From the NCBI GenBank assembly GCA_963771465.1, contig CAVYTU010000017.1, positions 896,001 to 960,000 of the forward strand: DNA of 64,000 bases. Direction: 5' to 3'. Both the position numbers and the translations under genes were made by a program. Positions 30,564 through 40,191 of the stretch are shown one piece after another; positions within the stretch are counted from its first letter, which is position 1; each line of letters starts with the position of its first letter. The DNA is from an uncultured delta proteobacterium (lineage in GTDB: Bacteria; Desulfobacterota; Binatia; UBA9968). Below the pieces are notes generated by a model. That model saw only the letters and a program-made list of their open reading frames with translations, searched no databases and had not been told where the DNA came from.

Positions 30564-30877
30564 TACGTCAGATCGCTGAGACTTCTGTCAATTAGGGCGG
30601 ATTGCGGATGTCGAGCATTGCAACTAATTTCACATTTCTTCATAAATTGTCATGCCTACTCTCGCGATTGCTACTGGCACGGGGTTCCTATAGACTCTCA
30701 GTAGATCATGCCTTGACGCTAGTGGCGCGCAAGAGGGCGAAGACCGGATACGGATTCCTCACCGGCATGGACTGCGGCGTGAATGCCACGTCGAAATATT
30801 TCCCGGTCTTGCCTACCCCTCCCTCTTCCTATATCGGCAGGCGCTTCGACTTGTAGCCTGTATTCAGAGGGAGTCTT

Positions 30878-31420
30878 ATGCATCCAATTGTTATCGTTCT
30901 CGTGCCGCTGGGTTTGATAGTTCTCGGCATGGTGCTAAACAGTATCGGCCTGTCTTTCGATCAACCGGCAACTTCCGCAGAGCAAGACCCGACCAAAAGA
31001 TTGTCGATTGAACGTGATTCGTTCCGCCAGTTCTTCGATCGCCAGCGCAAAGCGTCGATGAAACGCCAGCAAAGGGTTGGCCAATACGCATGGCTGCTGC
31101 TGATCGTCACGATCGGCTCCTTCATTTGGTTCTACAACATCACGGTCGATAAAACCGCGCTTTCAAATCGCATCGCTTCGCTACAAACGCTTGCTTCCCA
31201 AGAAGGCAAGGAACTTGTCCTTTCGCTGACCTTGAGCGACGGTAATAACGTAAAGTACGTCATCAAACCGCCCCAGGCCGATAAAAAAACCGATGCCAGC
31301 GCGAAGGAAACTGTCGCCAAGGACACGGTTTCGTCCTGGGAATTAGAGAAACTCGGCACGGCGTTGAGCATCGGCGATATTGCCTTGCCGGTGGGCATTG
31401 CGCTAAAGATAGCAAATTAA
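30878..31420 (+). CDS. Hypothetical membrane protein (2 TM)
   Basis: GAGGGAG RBS; two hydrophobic segments. Confidence 0.7.
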   Translation: MHPIVIVLVPLGLIVLGMVLNSIGLSFDQPATSAEQDPTKRLSIERDSFRQFFDRQRKASMKRQQRVGQYAWLLLIVTIGSFIWFYNITVDKTALSNRIASLQTLASQEGKELVLSLTLSDGNNVKYVIKPPQADKKTDASAKETVAKDTVSSWELEKLGTALSIGDIALPVGIALKIAN

Positions 31421-31563
31421 GCGCGTCGGCTGCTTTAGAATTGCAACGTGGGGATTCTTTCGACCGATAGGCTTACGGCCTCGTCGTTTGATCAGCGGAC
31501 GATTTCGGTTCGACCGGACCGGCGCGCTCGCGGGAAGCGCTGAGCGACGAAGGAGTTTGACGG

Positions 31564-31854
31564 ATGATTGATTTGACTAAAAAGTTGTTCGTGGGAATCA
31601 AGATTTCAACCGCGTTGCAAACTGAATTGGACCGTCCGGCGCCAGGGTCCAAGCACTATTTCGAGGGCAGCGACAACAAAGATTATCTTCAGATCGTTAA
31701 CCTGGGCGAGGACAAATTTGTGGGCCGATACATTCAAGACGGATTTCCCGCGGCGGGTATCGGCGACGTCAGCCGCAACGTCTGTAGTATCGTGAAAATA
31801 ATCACCCGCGGCCGGCGCGTTGAGGATAAGGATGTCCACATTTTCGCGTCCTAA
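31564..31854 (+). CDS. Hypothetical protein
   Basis: AAGGAG RBS; 96-aa ORF. Confidence 0.7.
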   Translation: MIDLTKKLFVGIKISTALQTELDRPAPGSKHYFEGSDNKDYLQIVNLGEDKFVGRYIQDGFPAAGIGDVSRNVCSIVKIITRGRRVEDKDVHIFAS

Positions 31855-31993
31855 TTCGGCTGCGCGTTGGAAATGCCGTGCGAGGTATTGTTGAGCCCAT
31901 GGCAACACCCGACATTGAATCGGCCCCGGAGACTTATTTGCCAAGCTGCTAAGCTGTAAACATTTGGAGACTTTTTTCCTAACGGAGGTTTAT

Positions 31994-32443
31994 ATGATCG
32001 AAAAAATAGAAATTGGATTGCGCGATGGCACCCTGGTGCGCCATAAGAAGAAGGGCTATGAGGGAAAGATCGAGGGTACGACCACGATCAAAACCTGCTT
32101 CACGAGAAATGGCGCCTTGCTGGAGCCGCCGTCGACCAAGGAGAGTTTTCAATACCGCGTCGTTGTAGTCGGACAGACGATGCGCTACATCGCACCCCTT
32201 GACGACTTGGAAATTCTTGACACTGCGGCAGAAATTATTTGTAGCCGTTGTCACAAGACGTTTGGCACGACGCCCGGCCTCATGGGCAAGGCCAGCGGGC
32301 GCTGCGCCTGCGGCGGGGCGATTTGTCCGGTCTGTTTGGCATGCCAATCGGAAGCTGCGGCGGAGGACAAAGCGACTTCCTGCGCTGATCAGCGCAAGCG
32401 GTTCCTGAAAAAGCTCGCCGCCGACAAAAAAAAGGTTGCCTGA
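31994..32443 (+). CDS. Hypothetical protein with Cys-rich putative zinc finger
   Basis: GGAGG RBS; CSRC...CACG...CPVCLAC. Confidence 0.7.
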   Translation: MIEKIEIGLRDGTLVRHKKKGYEGKIEGTTTIKTCFTRNGALLEPPSTKESFQYRVVVVGQTMRYIAPLDDLEILDTAAEIICSRCHKTFGTTPGLMGKASGRCACGGAICPVCLACQSEAAAEDKATSCADQRKRFLKKLAADKKKVA

Positions 32444-32501
32444 TACGATCGTCGAGGAGTGAAGATCGAGTTCTGTTATCCGCGAACGCCAGCGTCGAAC
32501 C

Positions 32502-32873
32502 TCACGCATTCCCAGCCAGCGCTTTTCGATGACGTGCTGCTGCCATGTGGCCCAGTCCGATGGTAAGAATGCCTAAGGTCAAGTGAAGGGATTGCACAAC
32601 CCAGTGAAACTCGCCGGCCATGAGCCCGGCGTGAAGCAGGCCGAAAATGATCGTAACCGCGCCGACGATGATTGCGCCGGCAGCGATTAACCAACTCCCA
32701 CCGTTAACAGCCTGCGCAATGGCGATTACCCAGAGCGTGCCAACGGTTAAAAATCCGAGCGCCATATGCATCGTCATGAGAGCCACGGCCATACCCGCCC
32801 AGTAGAGCAAACCGAGAATGAGTGCGAGGGCTCCGGAGAGAGTCAATATCGCGCTGGCATAGCGAACTAACAT
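32502..32873 (-). CDS. Small 4-TM membrane protein with His residues
   Basis: Hydrophobic helices with HMALG and HLTLG. Confidence 0.65.
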   Translation of the reverse strand: MLVRYASAILTLSGALALILGLLYWAGMAVALMTMHMALGFLTVGTLWVIAIAQAVNGGSWLIAAGAIIVGAVTIIFGLLHAGLMAGEFHWVVQSLHLTLGILTIGLGHMAAARHRKALAGNA

Positions 32874-32895
32874 GTCGGTGCAGGCTGATAGCGAG

Positions 32896-33159
32896 CTAGG
32901 CGCCCATACGGGCATATTCGCAACGAGGACAGGGAGCGCCGACGAGTACCGGCCAGCCGCAGTCGCTGCAGTTGGTTACCGGTTCGCCTAACAGGCCGCG
33001 GACCAGTGAGCCGCAGCGTCTGCCGCCGCAGGGGCCGGTACCGACACCAGTGCGTTTGCTTACTTGCTCAAAGGTTTTGGCGCCCCCTTGGATCGCCTTG
33101 ATGACGGTACCTTTGCGGATTTTATTGCAGATGCAAGCGGGCTTGAGGTTTTCAATCAC
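32896..33159 (-). CDS. BFD-like [2Fe-2S] protein with C-terminal zinc ribbon
   Basis: CIC...TGVGTGPCGGRRC plus CSDCG...CPRC. Confidence 0.8.
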   Translation of the reverse strand: MIENLKPACICNKIRKGTVIKAIQGGAKTFEQVSKRTGVGTGPCGGRRCGSLVRGLLGEPVTNCSDCGWPVLVGAPCPRCEYARMGA

Positions 33160-33259
33160 CGCCTGGGTCTTGGCGTCTTGTTCCGATGGGTCGATGGCGT
33201 GTTACCTGGCTTTCCCTGCGACTTCTAAATCACTGTAGCACAAATATCCCCAATACGAA

Positions 33260-34249
33260 TTACCGCGTGCCGATGACCAAAGACGAAGTGAGCGGCGGCG
33301 CTAAATCAATCTGCTGTACTTGGTTTAGCCCGGCGTGGTTCATCCACGCGGCAATCTCGCTAAAACTATAGCAGCGGCCGCCGTCGGTGGTGAGTAGCAT
33401 TAACAAACTGAAGATGGCGCCGACCGGTGGATTAGCGCGGCTCTCGTCTAGAATATGGTCCTTGATGATTAGCTGGCCGCCTGGATTGAGATTCGCCGCG
33501 AGTTTCTCAATCAGCGCTTGGTTCTTCAGCGAATTTTCACCGTGGATAATATTGGAAAGAAAGGCTACGTCATACCGTCCCGGGATCGGATCGCTGCGGT
33601 AATCGCCGGCGACGAGGCCGATGCGGCCGGTCATGCCGGCATCGCGCACGAAGCGCTCGGTGATACTCAGCGTCGCCGGTAGATCGAAAATAGTCGCCTT
33701 GAGGCTGGCGAATCGTTGGCACAGCGCGATCGGGTAGCTTGCCGGGCCGGAACCGATGTCCAGCATGGTATTCACGCCGTTCCAATCTATGACCGTGGCC
33801 AGTACGTCGGCGTCGCCACGCGCTTTGACCAGCGAATCCATGGCGTTGATGAAGGTCGCGGTTTCCGCTGGGTCGTCCTGATACATATTCGGCGGACGCA
33901 CGGCCTTGCCCGTGCGCAGCGCGTCCGGCAGCTTTTCCCAGCAGGACCATAGCGAAGCATCGAACTGAATCATGCCGCCGACGAAATGCGGCGAACTGCG
34001 CAGGAGATACAGCTTTGATACTGCGGCAAGCGAAAAGTGCTGCGCTTGTTTCTGCAGCAGATTGAGTGCCGTCAACGCGTTGAGCAGCAACTCGGTGGCT
34101 TGCGCCTCTAACTTGAGCTGCCGTGCGAGAACGTCGGCGGGCTTGGGTTCAGCGCCCAACGCGTCGAAGATTCCTAGTTCGGCCGCGCTCTGCACGATGC
34201 GTGCTTCGACATGGCCGCCGGCCAAGCTCATCAATTGAGAAAAGTTCAT
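33260..34249 (-). CDS. SAM-dependent O-methyltransferase (Methyltransf_2 with dimerisation domain)
   Basis: AAELGIFD, LDIGSGP, FDLP, GDY, SNIIH, L.PGG. Confidence 0.9.
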   Translation of the reverse strand: MNFSQLMSLAGGHVEARIVQSAAELGIFDALGAEPKPADVLARQLKLEAQATELLLNALTALNLLQKQAQHFSLAAVSKLYLLRSSPHFVGGMIQFDASLWSCWEKLPDALRTGKAVRPPNMYQDDPAETATFINAMDSLVKARGDADVLATVIDWNGVNTMLDIGSGPASYPIALCQRFASLKATIFDLPATLSITERFVRDAGMTGRIGLVAGDYRSDPIPGRYDVAFLSNIIHGENSLKNQALIEKLAANLNPGGQLIIKDHILDESRANPPVGAIFSLLMLLTTDGGRCYSFSEIAAWMNHAGLNQVQQIDLAPPLTSSLVIGTR

Positions 34250-34504
34250 TTCGCAAATAACTAACCCGGTTTATTCGCAGCCGGACGGGATCGGGGTGCA
34301 ACCCTTCCGGAGCGAAGGCAAAGCAGCTGTGCCTCGAAGCGGCAACCGGGCGAGTTAGCTCCGAGATCACCATTGAGAAGGTCAAGCTTCGTGCCGAGCG
34401 CCGAGCATAGGATGAAATATTCGCGCCGCTGCCTTCGCTCCTCTAGGGTCGCACCTCGATCGACACAGTGTAGTGAATTTTCCTCGTAGTGTGAATAATC
34501 CGGG

Positions 34505-35950
34505 CTAGAGCTTTTCGATAATCCGATAGCTCCGGCTCTTCGGTTTGAGCGGCGCGACGATATTGTTTTTGACCATGAGGCGAATGTCACGATAGGCGAT
34601 GTCGCGGTCGACCTCGGCGATGCGCTCGTACTCGGTCGTGGAAAATGTCTTGCCGTGGCAATAGGCGTAAGCGAGCAAGCGGCGCTGGCGCATGTTGATT
34701 TGCCCAGTGTTGAACTGGTTCAGCCAGCGTAAGGTTCCTTCGTCGTAAACCGGCGCGTTGCGCAACGTTACGGTGAAAATAAAACCTTCGATGGATAATT
34801 CCGGCGGATGGAGACCATAGGTTTCCATCTCTTGAAACATGCGCGGCACGCCTTCGCCCATCTCACGCAGATAACCCAAGTCGGCCAGCGTGCGAACGAT
34901 CAACGGATTGCGCGAGAAGTGAAGGCTCTTCTGCTGGCGTAATTGTTCCAGCGTCACTGGCGCCGGCGGCGGGCCGGGGCTCCGGACCATGATGTGATCG
35001 TCGAACATCCAGACTTCGATCGACGCGCCGGTGAGGGAATAGTCGCGGTGCGCCACGGCGTTGACCAAAGCCTCCTGCCAGGCGAAGGTCGGATACTCCA
35101 GCCGTTCGCGAAAAAATAGATCGTGCAGAATCGTCCGCTCACGCATATGTTCCTTGATCCGGCCGACGGCTTCGTCGATGAGCCGCACCAATGGCGCTTC
35201 GAAGCGAATGCGTTTGATGACGTTGAGCGAAGCGCCGTGTTGGCGCTCGGCACCTTCGTATTTTACGAAATCGATGCCGCCGCGCGGGTGCCAGCGGGTC
35301 GGATCTTTGGCGAAAAGCAACAACGCCGCGGTGTTAGGGGTGGGAATCGCCCGGGAGTTATCGAGCAAGTGATATGTCTGACTCAGGAGCACTTGTGGAT
35401 CTGCGCCCGGCGATACTTTATCGACGAACGACTTGATCAGCTCGGCGTCCAGATCGAACCATGTCGCATTGAGCGCCTGCTGGCGTTCGTAGTAAACGTT
35501 TTTCTTGGCTTGCTTGAGTGCTTGGATTTGTTCCGCCGGCAACGCCACGGTCTCCGCTGCGACTCGATAAAACGATCGGCCGCCGGCGACGCGATAAATT
35601 TCCAGCGCCGAACCGACTTCGAATTTGAGCAGCTGCAAATTACCGAGGCGGACTTTTTCGCACGACGGTGCCAGTTGCGGCCTGAGTAAATTCTGCGGCG
35701 CTTGTATCAATGTGTGCAGCTCGTCGTGATCGTAGGGAATGCCGGTAACGCTTTTATCCGAATCGACGCCAACGAGTAAAGTCCCGCCGTCAGCGTTGGC
35801 CATGCCGGAAAGCAGCCGCGCGATATCACGTGCCAGTTCCTCTTCGCGCTTTTTCTGGCCGGCGCCGCGGCGATATTCGAAGGCGCTCAAGAAGGCAAGG
35901 AACTGACCTTGTTCCTGTTTGAGCAGCAGTCCAATTTCATCCGCTTGCAT
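34505..35950 (-). CDS. Schlafen/AlbA_2 + HATPase_c_4 + wHTH protein
   Basis: MANADGGTLLVGV, EALVNAVAHRDY, SRNPLI, GEGV. Confidence 0.85.
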   Translation of the reverse strand: MQADEIGLLLKQEQGQFLAFLSAFEYRRGAGQKKREEELARDIARLLSGMANADGGTLLVGVDSDKSVTGIPYDHDELHTLIQAPQNLLRPQLAPSCEKVRLGNLQLLKFEVGSALEIYRVAGGRSFYRVAAETVALPAEQIQALKQAKKNVYYERQQALNATWFDLDAELIKSFVDKVSPGADPQVLLSQTYHLLDNSRAIPTPNTAALLLFAKDPTRWHPRGGIDFVKYEGAERQHGASLNVIKRIRFEAPLVRLIDEAVGRIKEHMRERTILHDLFFRERLEYPTFAWQEALVNAVAHRDYSLTGASIEVWMFDDHIMVRSPGPPPAPVTLEQLRQQKSLHFSRNPLIVRTLADLGYLREMGEGVPRMFQEMETYGLHPPELSIEGFIFTVTLRNAPVYDEGTLRWLNQFNTGQINMRQRRLLAYAYCHGKTFSTTEYERIAEVDRDIAYRDIRLMVKNNIVAPLKPKSRSYRIIEKL

Positions 35951-35962
35951 GGCTTTAACCCG

Positions 35963-36027
35963 GTTAGAAGTCAGGAGTTAGAGGTGAGGAGTCAGAAGCG
36001 GGGTCTCCCTACTTTTCACTCTTCACC
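35963..36027. repeat. Heptamer tandem array with inverted partner
   Basis: GTTAGAA GTCAGGA GTTAGAG GTGAGGA GTCAGAA (35963-35997); minus-strand GTGAAGA GTGAAAA GTAGGGA just downstream. Confidence 0.65.
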
Positions 36028-37176
36028 GAGATTTTCCCGCTATTCAGTTTGACGATCTCCAAAACCATCTGCGCCGAAAGATAGAAATCTTTAAGATCGA
36101 GCCATTCGTTGACCGTATGAATTTCGCGCATGCCGGTGCCGAGATTGGCGACGACGAGCCCTTTTTGATTGAGCACGTTGGCGTCGCATCCGCCGCCAGT
36201 GGCGCCGGTTTTCACATCAAGATTCAAGTTTCGTGCCGCGGCGTGGACCAGTTGTACGATCGGCGCGCTCTCGGGCACGTCCATGCGGTCGTAGTCGCGC
36301 TCGATCTTGGCTTCGACTCTAGCTTGATGATGCTTGCCGTCCAAGTCGAGCGAGTGACGCGCCGCGGCTTGTTCGAGGCAGCGTTGCATATGCTCGGTTT
36401 GCGCTGCCAGCTTTTCACTGCTGTGGCTGCGCGCTTTACCTTTAATAACGACTAGGTTGGGGACAATATTGACCGCAATACCGCCGTCGACGACACCGAT
36501 GTTGGCGGTGGTTTCATGATCGATGCGGCCCAACTGCATCTGCGCGATACCTTCGGCTGCGACTTTGATCGCGTTGATGCCTTTTTCCGGACAGATGCCG
36601 GCGTGGGCTTCGAGACCGTGCACGCGAAATTCCATACGGTTGGACGCCGGTGCTTTGGTGAAAAGAAAGCCCACCGAATCGCTGTCGAGCACGAGGCCCA
36701 TGCGTGCGCTGAGCCGATTCACGTCGAGCCATTTGGCGCCGATCAAGCCGGCCTCTTCACAGATCGTAAAGACCACATCGATGGGGCAGCAGGGTAGGCC
36801 GTTCTCCTTGATCACGCGCAGTACTTCGCAGATGATCGCCACACCGCTCTTGTCGTCGCCGCCGAGGACTGTCTTGCCGTTGGTGCGCAGGATGTCACCG
36901 TCGAGGATCGGCACGATGCCTTCGCCGGGCACCACGGTATCCATGTGCGCGGATAACAGCAGGGGTTGGCTTTTTGGCGCGTTGCCGGGAAATTTGGCGA
37001 TCAGATTGCCGACATTACCGCCGACCTTTTCGCCGGCGTCGTCGATCGATACCGCGGCGCCGAGCTCTTCCAACTCACGCTTGAGGCGAAGCGCGACGTT
37101 CAATTCCTGGCGCGACAGGCTGTCGATTTTAATCAACTCGATGAGGAAATGTTTTAATTCGTTCGTGATTGATCAA
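36009..37176 (-). CDS. M20 peptidase T-like protein, with an apparent 1-nt frameshift near the 5' end
   Basis: SAHMDTV, LGGDDKSG, EEAGL, GGGCDAN, IHTVNE; the RBS-preceded TTG at 37176 is 40 nt upstream of the main frame start (37136). Confidence 0.8.
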
Positions 37177-37751
37177 CGCGCTGTCCTCGCTCTCTCGGCG
37201 CGGGGATTTGTCGGCTCAAGCCTGGGTCAATCTGCCACAGTTTCACGCCAAATTCCAAGACTACTTTTACCTCGTTACTCATAGACTAGTAGCGAAGGTC
37301 CCATTTGAGCTTTTGACAGAGAGATTTCTTTATGAATGAACCCAATCGCATCGCGATCGAGCTGAGCCCAAAGGATTGAATCAAAACGAGCAGGGCACTT
37401 TAGAAAGCAAGACTAGGCCTCCGTGTCGCAAGAGGCGAGCACGGCCGCTAGGTCGAGTGGAATACCAACTCGATCTCGATTGGAAATTTGGCAGGTGGAC
37501 CAGCAGCACCGAAGCCAAAGGAACCGATCTGATTTGGGATGAGCGACTTTGAGGAGGGCGCCAACTAACAAATCTTTGACGGTAATCAGGCATTGCAGAT
37601 ATCTTCTCTTCAGATGAATCTTCATTCAGCTGACGTTAGTAATTAGGTCACAAGAGACACGGGTCCGAATGCCTCCGTCAATCTGAAAGCACCTTCCTTC
37701 AATTCTACAGGCACTAGTTGGCTCCGCTTAAGCCCGAAGGCGAACGAGAAT

Positions 37752-38552
37752 TTGTCCCAGAAAATGGGAATATTGAGGTCAGCTATCTCAATTATCCCAG
37801 TCTCTGCATTGGCGTCAATACCAGAGGAATTACGCCAACCACTCCTTAACTCATTTAGCAATATAATTCGAAATTTCCGCGAAAGGCGCTGGGAACCGTC
37901 TGAGCTAAACGGAGGAAAGTTTTGTGAGGTTGTCTATACCATCTTGCGGGGTTACGTAGACGGCAAGATGGCATCTAAACCAACCAAACCCAAGAATATG
38001 TTTGACGCTTGTAAGAATCTGGAGGCCGCCGACCAAGCACGCTTTCCGCGGTCTGTGCGAGTTCACATTCCCCGCGTCCTAGTTTCCCTGTATGAAATTC
38101 GTAACAACAGGGGAGTTGGACATGTTGGTGGAGATGTTAATCCCAACCACATGGACGCAACTCTCGTGATGGAGTCGGCAAAATGGATATTAGCAGAACT
38201 GATTCGCGTATTTCACGACATTAACACGCAGGAAGCTACCGAAATCGTTGATGCTCTAATCGATAGAACAATCCCTGTGATTTGGGAAGTCGGCGAGGTG
38301 CGTCGGGTGCTCAAGACAGGATTGCCGATGAAATTGCAAACACTCCTTTTGCTTTATTCGATCCCTGGAAGCGTACCTGAAAGGGATCTTTTCAAATGGG
38401 TTGAGCATTCTAACCTTACTGTCTATCGCCGCGATGTCTTACAACCCGCACATCGGGAACGACTATTGGAATTCAATCAGCTCTCAAGCCATGTTCAGAT
38501 TTCACCTACCGGAATTGCGTACGTGGAAGAAAACGTGTCGCTTATTGCCTAA
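37752..38552 (+). CDS. Lower-GC protein with HEPN-like RN...H motif and C-terminal wHTH
   Basis: YEIRNNRGVGHVGG in a helical domain; C-terminal LEF...VQISPTG wing; AT-richer than flanks. Confidence 0.55.
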   Translation: MSQKMGILRSAISIIPVSALASIPEELRQPLLNSFSNIIRNFRERRWEPSELNGGKFCEVVYTILRGYVDGKMASKPTKPKNMFDACKNLEAADQARFPRSVRVHIPRVLVSLYEIRNNRGVGHVGGDVNPNHMDATLVMESAKWILAELIRVFHDINTQEATEIVDALIDRTIPVIWEVGEVRRVLKTGLPMKLQTLLLLYSIPGSVPERDLFKWVEHSNLTVYRRDVLQPAHRERLLEFNQLSSHVQISPTGIAYVEENVSLIA

Positions 38553-38858
38553 GTTTACGCTTGGACAATGACGTTACCTAAACAATACAATTCGCCAGCG
38601 TTGGGGGCAAAATCTAATCGTTCAACAGAAATAGCCCTTTACAGAAGTCGCACTCAATTGCTTAGACTGGAGGAGGTTTGACGCCGAGCTTTGATAGTTT
38701 GATTCTGGCATTATGGCTGCTACGCGGCGTTGCAGTCGTTGGCTTTAGGACATCAACATTCTTGAGGCGGCAGTTTGAATCGATGAAATATGTTCTCGTT
38801 AGGCAGCTTTTTGATTCTTTACTGACAAGCGCGTCAAGGTTGCGGATGCTGACGTTGT

Positions 38859-38957
38859 TCAGCCGCCGTTCTCGATCAGCTTGGTGAGGTTGGTGAATTC
38901 CAATTCGGTAAATAGCGTGCGAACCTTCTCGATATCAAAGCCGGTGAATTGAAGCTC
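38859..38957 (-). pseudogene. Displaced 3' end of the 5'-3' exonuclease gene
   Basis: [32 protein letters not shown]; 38886-38957 matches 40474-40545 at 65/72. Confidence 0.8.
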
Positions 38958-39081
38958 GCGCAGCCTTTGGCGAAATGCATCGTGCCGGGCTGAAAAGAAA
39001 CGCACCTGCGTTTGACGGCTGGCGGGCTCGGCGATATAGGTCCGGGCAGAAAATAAGGTGGTTTGAATTGTCTATACCTAT

Positions 39082-39984
39082 ATGGCGACTCTGAAAGACC
39101 AAGACGCGATGAAACCTGTACGGCCGCCAAACCCAAACACCAGAGCGCCGAAGCTCAAGGCGCCGCCGGGAGCGTGCGATACCCATCTCCATATCTACGG
39201 ACCTTTTGATCGCTACCCGCTTTCTCCCGCCCGCCATTATACGCCGGCGGAACACTCGACTCTCGAGGATTATCTCAGAGTGCATCGCACGCTGGGTCTG
39301 GAGCGCGCCGTCATTGTGACCGGAAGCGGCAACGGCACAAACAACCGGGTAACGGCGGATGCGATCGCGCACATGAAAGGGCAATTTAAAGGCCTCGCGC
39401 TGCTTGATCCGGCGATCACTGACGTAGAGCTAGCGCAGTTGAAGGAAAGCGGTTTTACTGGCTTTCGCATGAAAGCCAACGGCAAGGATGCGCTTTCGAT
39501 CGAAACCGCGCAAAAGATAGCGCCGCGGGTCGCCGGGTTCGGCTGGCACGTCGAGTTTCAAGCGACATCGCTGGCTGAAGCGCTTAGCGTCGCGCCAGCG
39601 CTGAATAAACTCGGTATGCCTTACCTCTTCGATCACCTGGCGCGGTCGGGACCGGATAAAAGAATCAACGATCCCGAATTTCAAGAACTGCTCCGGGTTC
39701 TCCGATCCGAGGAGAACATCTGGATCAATCTTTACAGCTTTTATCAGCGTTCGGAGGAGGGGCCTCCCCATTATTCCGATATGGTGTCCGTGGCTCAGGC
39801 GCTTATCGACGCCAGGCGCGAGCGCGTCTTGTGGGGGACGAATTGGCCACACGGAGGTGTTCGGGTACCGATCCCCAACGACGCTGATCTTCTTGATTTT
39901 CTCCTCGTAGCGGTGCCGGACGAAAGTATCCGCAAGTTAATTCTTAGCGACAACCCGGCAATTTTGTATGGCTGGAGTGACTAG
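39082..39984 (+). CDS. Amidohydrolase_2 family (LigI/2-pyrone-4,6-dicarboxylate lactonase-like)
   Basis: ACDTHLHIYGP, DH, WGTNWPH, NPA.LY. Confidence 0.85.
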   Translation: MATLKDQDAMKPVRPPNPNTRAPKLKAPPGACDTHLHIYGPFDRYPLSPARHYTPAEHSTLEDYLRVHRTLGLERAVIVTGSGNGTNNRVTADAIAHMKGQFKGLALLDPAITDVELAQLKESGFTGFRMKANGKDALSIETAQKIAPRVAGFGWHVEFQATSLAEALSVAPALNKLGMPYLFDHLARSGPDKRINDPEFQELLRVLRSEENIWINLYSFYQRSEEGPPHYSDMVSVAQALIDARRERVLWGTNWPHGGVRVPIPNDADLLDFLLVAVPDESIRKLILSDNPAILYGWSD

Positions 39985-40191
39985 GTTTACCGCGATACAG
40001 GCGGGTAATAAGTATTCGTCCATCAATTATTAATTTTGCCTTTTCTACTTGCTGCTAGTCCGCGATCTCGCCTCGGTGTGTCAGGGATAAGTCTAATGTT
40101 TCCAGAGCGCGGCGCGTGTTGATGGCCAGGATGCGCACCGCACTTGGCGCCTTGTAAGGTCGCATACGATCAAACGGCAGGTAACGGCGAG

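Noticed and set aside
34261-34500. ORF or structured RNA between the methyltransferase and the AlbA_2 gene
   Set aside because: No recognisable protein motif, good start or RNA family; it would need an Rfam/Infernal search.
36523-37284. Long antisense or alternate-frame ORFs (also 913-1575, 28879-29742, 47862-48314 and similar)
   Set aside because: They shadow well-supported genes in GC-rich DNA and have no motifs.
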